From: an uncultured Acidimicrobiales bacterium
GTDB lineage: Bacteria; Actinomycetota; Acidimicrobiia; Acidimicrobiales; SHLQ01
NCBI GenBank assembly: GCA_938002955.1
Contig: CALLAA010000145.1
Span: 713-64,712, forward strand
Direction: 5' to 3'
Length of the DNA stretch: 64,000 nucleotides
Position 1 is the first letter of the stretch. Each line of letters starts with the position of its first letter. Positions 46,659 to 55,886 of the stretch are shown here, one piece after another. Made by a program: the position numbers and the translations under genes. Under the pieces are notes generated by a model that was not told the DNA's origin, searched no databases, and saw nothing but the letters and a program-made list of their open reading frames with translations.

Positions 46659-48986
46659 CTAGGCCTCTTCGGTCTCGGTCGGGGTCACGGTGGCGTCTGG
46701 CCCAGGAGCGGTTGCACCGCCTGAACCAAGCGACACGGGAGTGTCGACGTAGGCAAACGTTGGTGAGAGCGCTGCTTGCTTTGCGATCTCATCGCCGCGT
46801 TCGAGCGCCTCGATCATGTGGATCGCAATATCGGCGACCTGTACGGCGTCCTCGTCGAGACCTTGCCCCTTCACGCCGTCATCGATCATGACGTAGCAGA
46901 ACGGGCACGCGGTCGCGATGCGCTCGGCGCCCGTAGCGACGAGCTGCTCGGAGCGTTCGACGTTGACGTCCTTGCCAGTGGTCTCTTCCATCCAGAAACG
47001 TCCGCCGCCTGCGCCACAGCACATGCTCTTGGTGCCATTGCGCTCGGCTTCGAGAATCTGGACTCCGCCGAGGGAGCCAAGGACCTTACGAGGCGCCATG
47101 TAGATGTCGTTATGGCGGCCGAGGTAGCAAGCGTCGTGGTACACGATGCGCTCTTCGAGCGACGCGTTGCTCATGTCGAGGTCGCCATCTTCGATGAGCT
47201 GCTCGAGAAACTCGCTGTGGTGGATGACCTCGTAGTGGCCACCGAGCTGTGGGTACTCGTTGGCGAGGGTGTTGAAGCAGTGCGGGCACTGGGTGATGAT
47301 CTTCTTGACCCCCATGCCGTCGAGTGTCTCGATGTTCTGCATGGCGAGCATCTGGAAGATGTACTCGTTGCCGGTTCGCCGAGCGGAGTCGCCGGTGCAG
47401 TTCTCGGCTGGACCGAGGATGGCGTACGACACGCCGGCACGGTTCATCAGCTTCGACAGGGCCTGGCTGACCTTCTTGTTCTTGTCGTCGAAGGAGCCAG
47501 CGCAGCCGACCCAGTAGAGGTATTCGGCTTCGAGCGGTTCGTCGCCGGCGAGCACGGTGACGGAGTCGTCGACGACCCAGTCGGCGCGGTCACCCTGGCT
47601 CAGCGCCCATGGGTTCATCTGGTTTTCCATGCCGCGGTAGGCGTTGCCCAGCTCGGTCGGGAAGTCCGATTCCATAAGCGACAAGTAGCGACGCATGTCG
47701 AGGATCTTGTCGAGGATCTCGATGTTGACCGGGCAGATCTCGTCACAGGCGCGACATGACGTGCACGCCCACAGCTCTTCGGACGTCACGCGGTCGAACA
47801 TCCAGTTCGATGGCACGGTGATCTCGGCGTCGACGCTGATCGGAGGGGAGACCTGGGGGTCTCCGGTACGGGCCATAACCTCGCCAACCTTGAGCACGAT
47901 CTCTCGAGGGTCCAGCGGCTTGCCGGTTGCGTTTGCGGGGCAGACGCTGGTGCAGCGGCCGCACATGGTGCACGAGTCCGTGTCGAGCAGTTGCTTCCAC
48001 GTGAACTCTTCGACGGTCGAAACACCGAAGCTCTCGAGCTCGGTCTCCATGAGGTTCGGCATTGCCTTCATGGCGCCCTTCGGACGGTCCTTGTCCTTCA
48101 GGTACATGTTGAGCGGCGAGGTGAAGATATGGCGAAGCATGGTGATCGGCAGGAGGATCAGGAAGCCCACGAAGGAGAGCACGTGGGCAATCCACCATGC
48201 CTGGTGCCAACCAGCAATCGAGCCGGTGCCTTCGACGAGTTGCGCGATCGGGTAACCAATGAAGCTCCACTTTTCGTACTCGGGAAGGCCGCCGAGAGCC
48301 TGGCCCTCGAGCGCGATACGCCAACCTTCGGCCAGGAAGCCAGTGACGGCGATCGTCAGGAACGTGGCGAGGATGATCGCGTGCTCAGGCTTGCTCTTTA
48401 CCCGGATGCGGTAGGGACGCATAGCGCGAGGTCCGTATCGGCGGCCGATTGCCCACAGAATCGAGATGGTGAAGATCAGGCCAGCGAAGTCACCGACGAA
48501 GGCGTATCCCTTGTAGGTGCCGCCGTGGAGGAACTTGAGTGCCGTCGGCAACTGGTGATCGATCTCGAGCGTCGTGGTGACGCCGAGGAGCACGACGAAG
48601 CTGAAGTACATCATCGAGTGCATGATTCCGGCCGCTGGTTCACGCAGCAGGGTCTTCATGTAGAGACCCGAACGGAGGTCTGCGAGACGGGTCTTTGCGT
48701 TCTTGGACGTGGTGGCTCGGTTGTCGGGTCCGCCTCGTTCCCAGTTCTTGATGCGAAGCGAGAATACCCACGCGCCGTACACGATCATCACGGGCAGCAG
48801 CGTGTAGAACGCAACCTTTATCGCACCCGGGATATTGGCGAACACGGTGCGGTGAACCGGGTTGTCAGCAGGGTCGAAGTGGAAGACCTGAGCAGCGATG
48901 CCGGACAGCACGGTGAAGAGGGCTACACCGATACCGATTCCGAGGACGAGGCGCTGCGGGGAGACGCGGGTTTTCATGGGCGCCAA
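46659..48986 (-). CDS. Membrane-bound (Fe-S) reductase: NarI/DsrM-like TM domain fused to an HdrD/DsrK-like 2x[4Fe-4S] + 2xCCG domain
   Basis: 775 aa with about 6 N-terminal TM segments. CTMCGRCTSVCP and CTSCRACDEICP ferredoxin motifs. Two Cys-rich CCG repeats (WVGCAGSFD...QCPHC; HDACYLGR...MCCGAGGG). Confidence 0.8.
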   Translation of the reverse strand: MAPMKTRVSPQRLVLGIGIGVALFTVLSGIAAQVFHFDPADNPVHRTVFANIPGAIKVAFYTLLPVMIVYGAWVFSLRIKNWERGGPDNRATTSKNAKTRLADLRSGLYMKTLLREPAAGIMHSMMYFSFVVLLGVTTTLEIDHQLPTALKFLHGGTYKGYAFVGDFAGLIFTISILWAIGRRYGPRAMRPYRIRVKSKPEHAIILATFLTIAVTGFLAEGWRIALEGQALGGLPEYEKWSFIGYPIAQLVEGTGSIAGWHQAWWIAHVLSFVGFLILLPITMLRHIFTSPLNMYLKDKDRPKGAMKAMPNLMETELESFGVSTVEEFTWKQLLDTDSCTMCGRCTSVCPANATGKPLDPREIVLKVGEVMARTGDPQVSPPISVDAEITVPSNWMFDRVTSEELWACTSCRACDEICPVNIEILDKILDMRRYLSLMESDFPTELGNAYRGMENQMNPWALSQGDRADWVVDDSVTVLAGDEPLEAEYLYWVGCAGSFDDKNKKVSQALSKLMNRAGVSYAILGPAENCTGDSARRTGNEYIFQMLAMQNIETLDGMGVKKIITQCPHCFNTLANEYPQLGGHYEVIHHSEFLEQLIEDGDLDMSNASLEERIVYHDACYLGRHNDIYMAPRKVLGSLGGVQILEAERNGTKSMCCGAGGGRFWMEETTGKDVNVERSEQLVATGAERIATACPFCYVMIDDGVKGQGLDEDAVQVADIAIHMIEALERGDEIAKQAALSPTFAYVDTPVSLGSGGATAPGPDATVTPTETEEA

Positions 48987-49065
48987 TGTACTTCCTACCG
49001 GCGGGTACAGGTGTACTCAGCGCCCGGTGAATACGGCACACCACATGGATGTGTTGTGCGAGTAG

Positions 49066-50406
49066 CTAATTGGACAGCTGCTCGGAGATGCGTTCGACCG
49101 CGTCTTCCCATGCCTCGAGAGGCGTCTGCCCGCCACCTTCGACGCTGTTCAGGGCCTCGACGAGGGACTCGATAGCGATGCGACGCTGCGGCGACGCGAG
49201 CGCTGTTGGGCGGCTTCGAGCCGTTGCGCTATAGATGGCACCGACCCCGTTGGTGCCGAAGAAGTCCTCGGGGGCGACCTCTGCCTCCCGGTTGCGGTGG
49301 AACGTCGCGGTCGCCGGAAGCGGCCCGAGGCCGTCGGCGAAGCTCAGTTCTTGAACGATCGGGTCGGTGAGGGTGAGGAGCAGGTCGTACGCCAAATCGC
49401 GATTTTCGCTGCTCTCGAGCACGCTGAGATGCAAGCCCCCTTCACTCGATGCGGAGCCTTCGCTCGTTCGTGGGAGCGGAATGGCGATCCAGTTGCCGGC
49501 CTTTTCGGGTGCAGCGTTCGAGATGCGTCGGCGGAACGTCCACGGTGCAAAGACCGCAGCGAAGTCGTCGCTTGCGAGTTCGGAGCGCCACAATGAATCG
49601 TCGAAGTTGAGGTTGCGGGCGATGCGCTGGACATCGTCGGTGCCCTCACACGGATCGCCGTGGAGCGGGCCTTCGCCAACGGCGATCATGGCGAGGTCCC
49701 ACGCGCGTTCGAGCTCGGCTTGGTCAGCGTCGATCAGGTTGCCTTGGTCGTCGGCGAATGAGGTGCGGGTCTGGGCCAGGATCGCTACGAGCAGGTCATC
49801 CCCATCGGCGAGGAATGCTTTGCGGGTTTCGTCGGAGAACGCGTCGCCAGCGACCAAGACGTCGCACCAGGTACGGGCCTCGCGAAGCTGGCCGACGATC
49901 TCGTCGCCGACGAGGTCTGCTCGGAGAACGAGCGCGGTGCTTTCGATATCGATCGGGACGCCGATCAGCGACCCGTCGGTACCGATCCCTTCGGCCCAGC
50001 GTGACGCCAAGAAGTCGGTCTCATCAAGATCGGCGCCCATGGTCGTGAGATCGACGAAGAGTTCCGGCTTCTCGCGAACTTCGGGGCCGTACGTTGCGTC
50101 GAACGCAACGATGTCGAACTGGCCGCCGGCACCGGCGTTATCGAGAACCGAGCGGTGGTGGTCGTCGATATTTCGAACCGAGATTTCGACCTCGGCGGTC
50201 GGGTGTTCACGTTCCCAGCTGGCGATGGCCGCTTCGAACCCGGCGATGCGCGGCGTCGCGATTCGGATGATCGTCGGTTCGGTTTCATCGGTTGCGTACG
50301 CGAGCGAATCCGGAGTGAGGTCACCGCAGGCGGTGACGAAAAGGGACGCGGCGAGGAGAACGGCTATTGCCGATCGCAGTCGACGCGGACGCGAGGTCTT
50401 TGTCAC
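49066..50406 (-). CDS. Extracellular solute-binding lipoprotein (family-1 SBP), orphan
   Basis: Lipobox LFVTACGD. GTG start at 50406 gives a GTGA overlap with the stop of the upstream EAL gene; track start 50499 would overlap it by 97 nt. No ABC permease or ATPase nearby. Confidence 0.65.
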   Translation of the reverse strand: MTKTSRPRRLRSAIAVLLAASLFVTACGDLTPDSLAYATDETEPTIIRIATPRIAGFEAAIASWEREHPTAEVEISVRNIDDHHRSVLDNAGAGGQFDIVAFDATYGPEVREKPELFVDLTTMGADLDETDFLASRWAEGIGTDGSLIGVPIDIESTALVLRADLVGDEIVGQLREARTWCDVLVAGDAFSDETRKAFLADGDDLLVAILAQTRTSFADDQGNLIDADQAELERAWDLAMIAVGEGPLHGDPCEGTDDVQRIARNLNFDDSLWRSELASDDFAAVFAPWTFRRRISNAAPEKAGNWIAIPLPRTSEGSASSEGGLHLSVLESSENRDLAYDLLLTLTDPIVQELSFADGLGPLPATATFHRNREAEVAPEDFFGTNGVGAIYSATARSRPTALASPQRRIAIESLVEALNSVEGGGQTPLEAWEDAVERISEQLSN

Positions 50407-53402
50407 CGATTGTTCCGAGGCACGTTGATGCGGGTGACGGGACGGTCGATCGTGATCTCGATGAAGTTCTCGAGTGGACCGGGACGTCCGGTGAGCCACC
50501 CCTGAATGCGGTCGCAGCGCATTCGACGAAGCGCGTTGAGCTCCTCGTTGGTCTCGACACCCTCGCCGACGACACTCATACCGAGGTCGTGGGCCATCTC
50601 GATGGCCTTTCGCACAACCGACGATGCGCCGACATCGTCGACCATCGGCGTGACCAAACTGCGGTCGAGCTTGAGAATCTGTGCCGGCAACGTGGTGAGA
50701 TACGACAGGTTCGACTGACCTGAACCAAAGTCGTCGATCGCAATCTTGACCCCGAGAGCCCGGATCTTCTTGAGCAGCTCGACGTCGTCTGCGGTGGTCG
50801 TTGCACCTTCGGTGACTTCGAATACGACTCGGTGTCGATCGACCTGCGATTCATGAAGCACGCGTTCGATGCGTTCGAGGAGTCCGTCGTCGGCCAGCTC
50901 GATCGGCGACAGGTTGACGGCCACGTACGGCGAGTCGCCGCGCAAGAATGGCAGTGCGGCACACGCTTCGCGAAGCACGAACTCGCCAATGGAGACGATC
51001 ATGTTCGTCTCCTCGGCGATCGGCACAAACTCTGCTGGCGAGATTGGCTTGCCGTTCTGGGAGCCACGGATCAGCAACTCGTAGCCTTCGATCGTTGTCG
51101 TCGTGGCGTTGACGACCGGCTGGAAGTGGACGAACAGGTCGCGGTTGTCGATCGCGTTCGCGAGCCAGTTGGTCAGCTCCGTCCGGCGACGGACCTCGTC
51201 GCGGTGACGGGGCTCAAAGGTGATGACCTGCGTTGCTCGACCGTCGGCCTGGCGAACGGCAGCAGAGATGTTCGCCATGGTCTGGGTGAGGTCGCGGTCG
51301 GCCGCTTCGAGTTGGTTGACGACACCGAGGGTGACATCGACGTTGACCCGTGCGCCATCGACGGCGAGCGGTTCCGAGGCCGATGCGGTGATGGCTTCGA
51401 TGAAGTGCGGGGCGCTGCTCGTCGGTACCAGCAAGATGAAGTCCGGCTCGCTGATCCGTGCAATTCCGACTTCGACACCCAGTTCGCGTGCTGTCGTTGT
51501 GAGCTGCGTGTTGAGGCGCGTGGCAAAGGCGTGCAGGACGAGGTCGCGGGCGTTGCGGCCGAACACACCGTCCCATTCGTCGAGGCGTTTTGGTTGCACG
51601 CCGATCGCTGTCCATGTGTTCTGATCGCTTCGAGCAGCGAACCAGCGGCGCAGGTGCGTCGAGTTCGGCAGACCCGTGAGAATGTCGTGTTCGCGATCAT
51701 GCGTCGCCCGGGTCTCGGCGGCCTGGCGTCGGTGTGCTTGGGCGAGGATCTGGCCCGCGGTTTCCATGAGTGATACGAGAGGTTCGATCTGGGCAGGTTC
51801 GGTGTCGCCGAATCGAAGTACGAGGACCGCCGGTGGTCCTTGTGGAAACTCGACGAGGCTGGCGATGCCCGGTCCGTCCCGGAGTTCGACCCGTTGCGCA
51901 TTGTCCATCAGCGTTGGGACCTCAAGGGCCGAGATGCTCTGCTCGAGGTGCACTCCGAGGTCCACGTGTGGTGGCCCGCTCGGGTGTTCGTGCAAGTGCG
52001 CGTGGGATCCCGGCAAGACCTGCGGAAGATGACGCAGCACGGCCGCGGTGAGCTCGGGCGCCGACTCGGCGAGCACCGCGGTGTTCGAGATCTCGGTCAT
52101 GACGACACGTCGATCGAGTTCTTCCTTAACGGCATCGCGGTGTGCTTCGCCGGTGGCCAGTGTTTCGTTCATCGTGGTTGCAAGACGCAGCCAGTCACCC
52201 TCGAGTTGATCGGTGTCGATGCGGCGGTCGTAGTCACGTGCCGCAACAGCCGTGGATACGGCATCGACGTCGGTCCAGAGGTGTTCCATCGTCGAGGCAA
52301 GCGAGGAGAATGCGTGCGCCACCTCGGCAATTTCGTCTGTGGCCGGATCGTCGATCGGGGCGAGTTCGCCCTGTTTCAACAGACGTGCATTCACCGTCAG
52401 GTTCGACAATGGGCCGACGATACTGCGACGCAGGCGAAGTGTTCCGAGCGTCGCGATCGTCAACACGAGGAGGACAATGCCGGCCAGGATGGCCAGTCGG
52501 CGTGCTTCCGCGTCCACCGCTTCAGCAACGTCGGTCTGCAACGCGGTCGTCTCTTCGAGCGCGAGTACGTGGAATGCGAGCCTGCGGACCTTTGCCGATG
52601 GCGCCCAGCTGTTCACATCGAAGGCAACGTCGCCGCCGCCGAAGGACGCCGCTCGCATGAGGGTGAGGGTGCGCCACGACGAGCTCACGGTGAGGGCTTC
52701 GAGCGCTTGGGCTCGCTCGGTGGTTGCGTTCAGGCTGTACCGATCGAGCGCTTCGCTTGCGCTGGTGTGGAGCCGGGTGAGCTCGACGATGTTGATGGTC
52801 GACGCCCGAGCAGCGATGTCTTCACGCAAGAAGGCTTCTTCGCTCGCCAAGAGGGCACTCAGGGCGTTACTTCGTTGCAGAGCGAGTCCAATGGGAGCGT
52901 CATCGAGTTGGCGGTTGATGGCGCCGCCGAACTGGTCGATCAAATCGTTATAGGCCACCTGGGCTTGCGTCAGACGGTTCGCTTCCGCCAGCTGTCGCGC
53001 AATCGTGAGGTCGCTGACGATCTCGTCGGCAACCGTCGAAAGACCGTGTGCGTCCATCACGGCCTTCAGGGCCTCGATATCGATATTTGCTTGTTCGGCC
53101 GTTGGGTCGAGGTCGAGTAGCGCCACATGACGTTCGGTTTGCAGGCGGGCTCGGACGGTGACGAGTTCGTCGACGCTCTGGCTGTTCTGGTCGAATCGAC
53201 GCAGCTGAAGCAGCGACTGGGCATCGGCGGTCGCGAGCAGGCCGATCAGCGCGAGGAGCGCCACGACGGGGACGGCCATAAAGAGGAGCAGCCGCGGACC
53301 GATCTTTAGCTTCCGGAGGAAGCGTCCAGCGGCACGGTCTGGCCGTTCCTCTGTGTTTTTGGACGTACGTCGGACCATCTGAGCCAATCGACACAGGTAC
53401 AT
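50403..53402 (-). CDS. Membrane sensor protein: periplasmic domain - HAMP - sensory domain - degenerate GGDEF - EAL (probable c-di-GMP phosphodiesterase)
   Basis: Two TM segments flank a domain of about 250 aa. HAMP follows TM2. The GGDEF position reads SEPDF. EAL domain motifs FQPVV, EGYELLIRG, DDFGSG, LKLD. Confidence 0.8.
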   Translation of the reverse strand: MYLCRLAQMVRRTSKNTEERPDRAAGRFLRKLKIGPRLLLFMAVPVVALLALIGLLATADAQSLLQLRRFDQNSQSVDELVTVRARLQTERHVALLDLDPTAEQANIDIEALKAVMDAHGLSTVADEIVSDLTIARQLAEANRLTQAQVAYNDLIDQFGGAINRQLDDAPIGLALQRSNALSALLASEEAFLREDIAARASTINIVELTRLHTSASEALDRYSLNATTERAQALEALTVSSSWRTLTLMRAASFGGGDVAFDVNSWAPSAKVRRLAFHVLALEETTALQTDVAEAVDAEARRLAILAGIVLLVLTIATLGTLRLRRSIVGPLSNLTVNARLLKQGELAPIDDPATDEIAEVAHAFSSLASTMEHLWTDVDAVSTAVAARDYDRRIDTDQLEGDWLRLATTMNETLATGEAHRDAVKEELDRRVVMTEISNTAVLAESAPELTAAVLRHLPQVLPGSHAHLHEHPSGPPHVDLGVHLEQSISALEVPTLMDNAQRVELRDGPGIASLVEFPQGPPAVLVLRFGDTEPAQIEPLVSLMETAGQILAQAHRRQAAETRATHDREHDILTGLPNSTHLRRWFAARSDQNTWTAIGVQPKRLDEWDGVFGRNARDLVLHAFATRLNTQLTTTARELGVEVGIARISEPDFILLVPTSSAPHFIEAITASASEPLAVDGARVNVDVTLGVVNQLEAADRDLTQTMANISAAVRQADGRATQVITFEPRHRDEVRRRTELTNWLANAIDNRDLFVHFQPVVNATTTTIEGYELLIRGSQNGKPISPAEFVPIAEETNMIVSIGEFVLREACAALPFLRGDSPYVAVNLSPIELADDGLLERIERVLHESQVDRHRVVFEVTEGATTTADDVELLKKIRALGVKIAIDDFGSGQSNLSYLTTLPAQILKLDRSLVTPMVDDVGASSVVRKAIEMAHDLGMSVVGEGVETNEELNALRRMRCDRIQGWLTGRPGPLENFIEITIDRPVTRINVPRNNR

Positions 53403-53516
53403 CGGAATTGATGGGTTGGGCAGAAAATGGGCCGTGTCGACCAGAGGCGTTTGTCACGGCGAATCCCGCTACCGAAGTGGGCGTTGTGGCACCTGAGATG
53501 GTCAACTCGTTGCTAG

Positions 53517-54596
53517 GTGGCCGACGAACTCGCAACCCTCTGGGCCCTCATTTCCGGGGTCTCTATCTTGCTTTCGGCCGTGGGTTTGCTCCTGATGGTC
53601 GAAGGCTTGACGCGCCACCGCTCCGTCAGCACCGGGGCGAGTCGACACGTCGCAACCGCATCTGGTGCGGTGCTCGGAGCCGTCGCAGCTGGGATCATCC
53701 GGCCGGGCGAAACAACGGCGGCTGATCGTTGGGTCGAAATGGCCGTCGCCGTACTCGTCGCCACGATCGTCGCGGCAGGTCTCGCCGAGCGCGCAACATT
53801 CGTTGCCCACACCGTCACCGGCCTGGTGGTTGGCGGGTTGGCGCTACCGGTGTTGGCCTGGAGCCGCGAATCAGCCGGAATCCTTGCGTCGATTTCGATC
53901 GACGGGCAAGACTTTCTCGATGCTGGCGCAGCATCGATCTTTGGCGTTGGCGGATGGATGGCGACGGTCGGATTGCTCGTGATCGGGCCGCGACGCGGAC
54001 GGATCGGCGCCGACGGCACAATGCGCGAGATCCCGGGAAAGTCGATGGGCGCGGCTTCGATTGGCGCGGCCCTCTTCCTCTCGACGGTCGTTGGACTTAG
54101 CACCCGGCCGAGCAACACATGGACCAACGCCGTGTTCGACACCGCGCCATATTTCGTGCTTGCGGGCGCGGTCGGAACGGTCGCTGCGGCGGTCGTTGGA
54201 TGGCAGCGAACCGGGTCTGTCGAAACCCCGACCGCAGTTCACGGCGTCATCGCAGGAGTCGTATCGGCGGCGGGAGCGCCCCTCGACCTGACCGTGCTAC
54301 GCGCAGTGATCTTCGCAACCGTCGGGACGCTCCTGGCGCTCGCCGTTATCGAACTTCTTCCCCGCGTCACGGTCGATGACCCGGTGGGGGTCGTCGGCGT
54401 GTTCGGCGCAGCAGGGCTCTGGGGCACGCTGGCGGTCGGCATCACAAACGCCGAGCAGCTCTCGGCTCAGCTCGTCGGCGCACTCATCTTGCTCGCCGGG
54501 TCGGTCGTCGTCGCCGGTGTCCTCTTCGGAGCACTTCGCCTAACCCGCGTGCTGCGGTTGCCACCTGATGTAGAAATCGTTGGGCTCGACCGCTAG
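53517..54596 (+). CDS. Divergent ammonium-transporter (Amt/Rh)-like membrane protein lacking the twin-His pore motif
   Basis: Aligns by eye to AmtB landmarks: GLAER, DF-xx-AGAASIF (for DFAGGTVVH), VIGPRRGR, VDDPVGVVGVFGAAGLWG (for VDDPCDVFGVHGVCGIVG). GTG start. Confidence 0.6.
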   Translation: MADELATLWALISGVSILLSAVGLLLMVEGLTRHRSVSTGASRHVATASGAVLGAVAAGIIRPGETTAADRWVEMAVAVLVATIVAAGLAERATFVAHTVTGLVVGGLALPVLAWSRESAGILASISIDGQDFLDAGAASIFGVGGWMATVGLLVIGPRRGRIGADGTMREIPGKSMGAASIGAALFLSTVVGLSTRPSNTWTNAVFDTAPYFVLAGAVGTVAAAVVGWQRTGSVETPTAVHGVIAGVVSAAGAPLDLTVLRAVIFATVGTLLALAVIELLPRVTVDDPVGVVGVFGAAGLWGTLAVGITNAEQLSAQLVGALILLAGSVVVAGVLFGALRLTRVLRLPPDVEIVGLDR

Positions 54597-54600
54597 TCGA

Positions 54601-54960
54601 CTACAGCAGGGCGTTCGCGGCCTTGCGCAGCGCAAGCGAGTTCAACGGCTTCGTGACCCACGCATCAGCATCCGACGTTGTCGCCAAGAACTCGTCTGCT
54701 TCGCGATCGAGCAGCAGCAAGACAGGAACGTCGGGCAAGCGTCCAGCGCGCGCCTCCTGCTTGATGAGCAGCGACGTCGCCACACCGCCCATGTTGCCGA
54801 TCTGCAGGTCGAGAATCACAAGCTCAGGATCGACTTCACCCACGGCCGCAGCAACCTGGGATCCCTCCCGAACACGGTGCACGTCGTGGGTTCCGCCGAG
54901 GGCAGCAGCGACGTCGTCGAACAGCCAGTCGGCATCGGTGGCAAGCAATACGTTGGTCAC
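54601..54960 (-). CDS. Single-domain response regulator (receiver only)
   Basis: 119 aa. DD...D(ILDLQ)...T/K receiver pattern. No output domain. Confidence 0.75.
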   Translation of the reverse strand: MTNVLLATDADWLFDDVAAALGGTHDVHRVREGSQVAAAVGEVDPELVILDLQIGNMGGVATSLLIKQEARAGRLPDVPVLLLLDREADEFLATTSDADAWVTKPLNSLALRKAANALL

Positions 54961-55082
54961 GGCTGAAATGGTATCGCCTTGTTCACTGTGCTGTGTTCAC
55001 GAGGCTCCGCTAACCTAACCAATTCGCAATGAACCGCGCAGGTCACCAGATCTGAGAACGTGGCGCAAGCGGGGTAACTCTC

Positions 55083-55430
55083 ATGTTGGAAATCAATGTC
55101 GAATCTTCAGACGAGGGCGAGGGCTACCACCTTTGCCGTCTCACCGGCGAGGTAGATGCCTACACGGTCGGTGAATTCCGCGAAGCCTTGGCGGGCATCG
55201 ACGGCGTGCGATGGCTGATCATCGACCTGTCCGAAGTGCCGTTCATGGACTCCGCAGGTCTCGGTGCGCTCATCGGCGGTATCCGCCGAGTGCGTGAAGC
55301 CGAAGGCGACGTCGCCGTGGTCAGCACCACGGCCAGCCTCAACCGCCTCCTCCACACCACGGGCTTCGATCGCATCGTCCCCGTCACCGAGTCGCTCGAA
55401 GAAGCACTCACCGCGCTGGCCGAAGCGTAG
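55083..55430 (+). CDS. STAS-domain anti-sigma-factor antagonist
   Basis: 115 aa. LTGEVDAYTV..., phosphorylatable-Ser context FMDSAGLGALIG. Confidence 0.8.
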   Translation: MLEINVESSDEGEGYHLCRLTGEVDAYTVGEFREALAGIDGVRWLIIDLSEVPFMDSAGLGALIGGIRRVREAEGDVAVVSTTASLNRLLHTTGFDRIVPVTESLEEALTALAEA

Positions 55431-55439
55431 GTTTCGCTC

Positions 55440-55563
55440 GAGGTTTGTTTCTCTGGCGGGTTGGAAGGCTCCGCCGGCGTCGACCTCCCGCGGCGCTCCG
55501 CTTCGCTTGCTTGCAACGTCGGCCGACTCCGACCGAACCTTCCCCGCCTCCGAAACAAACCTC
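55440..55563. other. Long imperfect hairpin (about 23 bp in three helices) in non-coding DNA
   Basis: The left arm GAGGTTTGTTTC-TCT-GGCGG-GTT-GGAAGG (55440-55468) pairs with the right arm CCTTCC-CCGCC-TCC-GAAACAAACCTC (55538-55563). Confidence 0.7.
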
Positions 55564-55751
55564 GGCTCAACAGGTGTGCCTGCGCCTGAGGCGGCGACTG
55601 GTCGTTCGTCCCTCACTCCCGTGCGCGGCGAAGCATTCCTTCGTGCGTATACCGGCTCACGCGTTGACTAGGTGAGAGCTGCTGTCGCGTCGGCCGACTC
55701 CGACGGAACCTTCCCCCGCCTCCGAAACAAACCTCGGCTCAACAGGTGTGC
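55517..55751. repeat. Two direct copies of a 63/64-nt element (55517-55579 and 55688-55751)
   Basis: CGTCGGCCGACTCCGAC[C/G]GAACCTTCCCC(C)GCCTCCGAAACAAACCTCGGCTCAACAGGTGTGC. The copies differ by one substitution and one indel. Confidence 0.9.
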
Positions 55752-55886
55752 TGACTTTGGCGTTTCGACACGCTGTCTCGCGCCTCTGGCGTAAAGCCTG
55801 CGTGGCGTTTGAACGTTTCCCGAAGGGGAGGGCGGGCTCTGTGTTGGAGGTGGCAGGATTGCGGCGGAGCCGCTGCCACCGAGAAC

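Noticed and set aside
55463-55543. tRNA-Sec candidate. On the minus strand, GGAAGGTT...AGCCTTCC can form an 8-bp acceptor-like stem spanning 81 nt, in a window that has selA/selB/selD.
   Set aside because: There is no UCA anticodon (no TGA on the plus strand inside the segment). There is no GGTTCGA-type T-loop and no D-arm. The pairing is simply the inner part of the long 55440-55563 hairpin.
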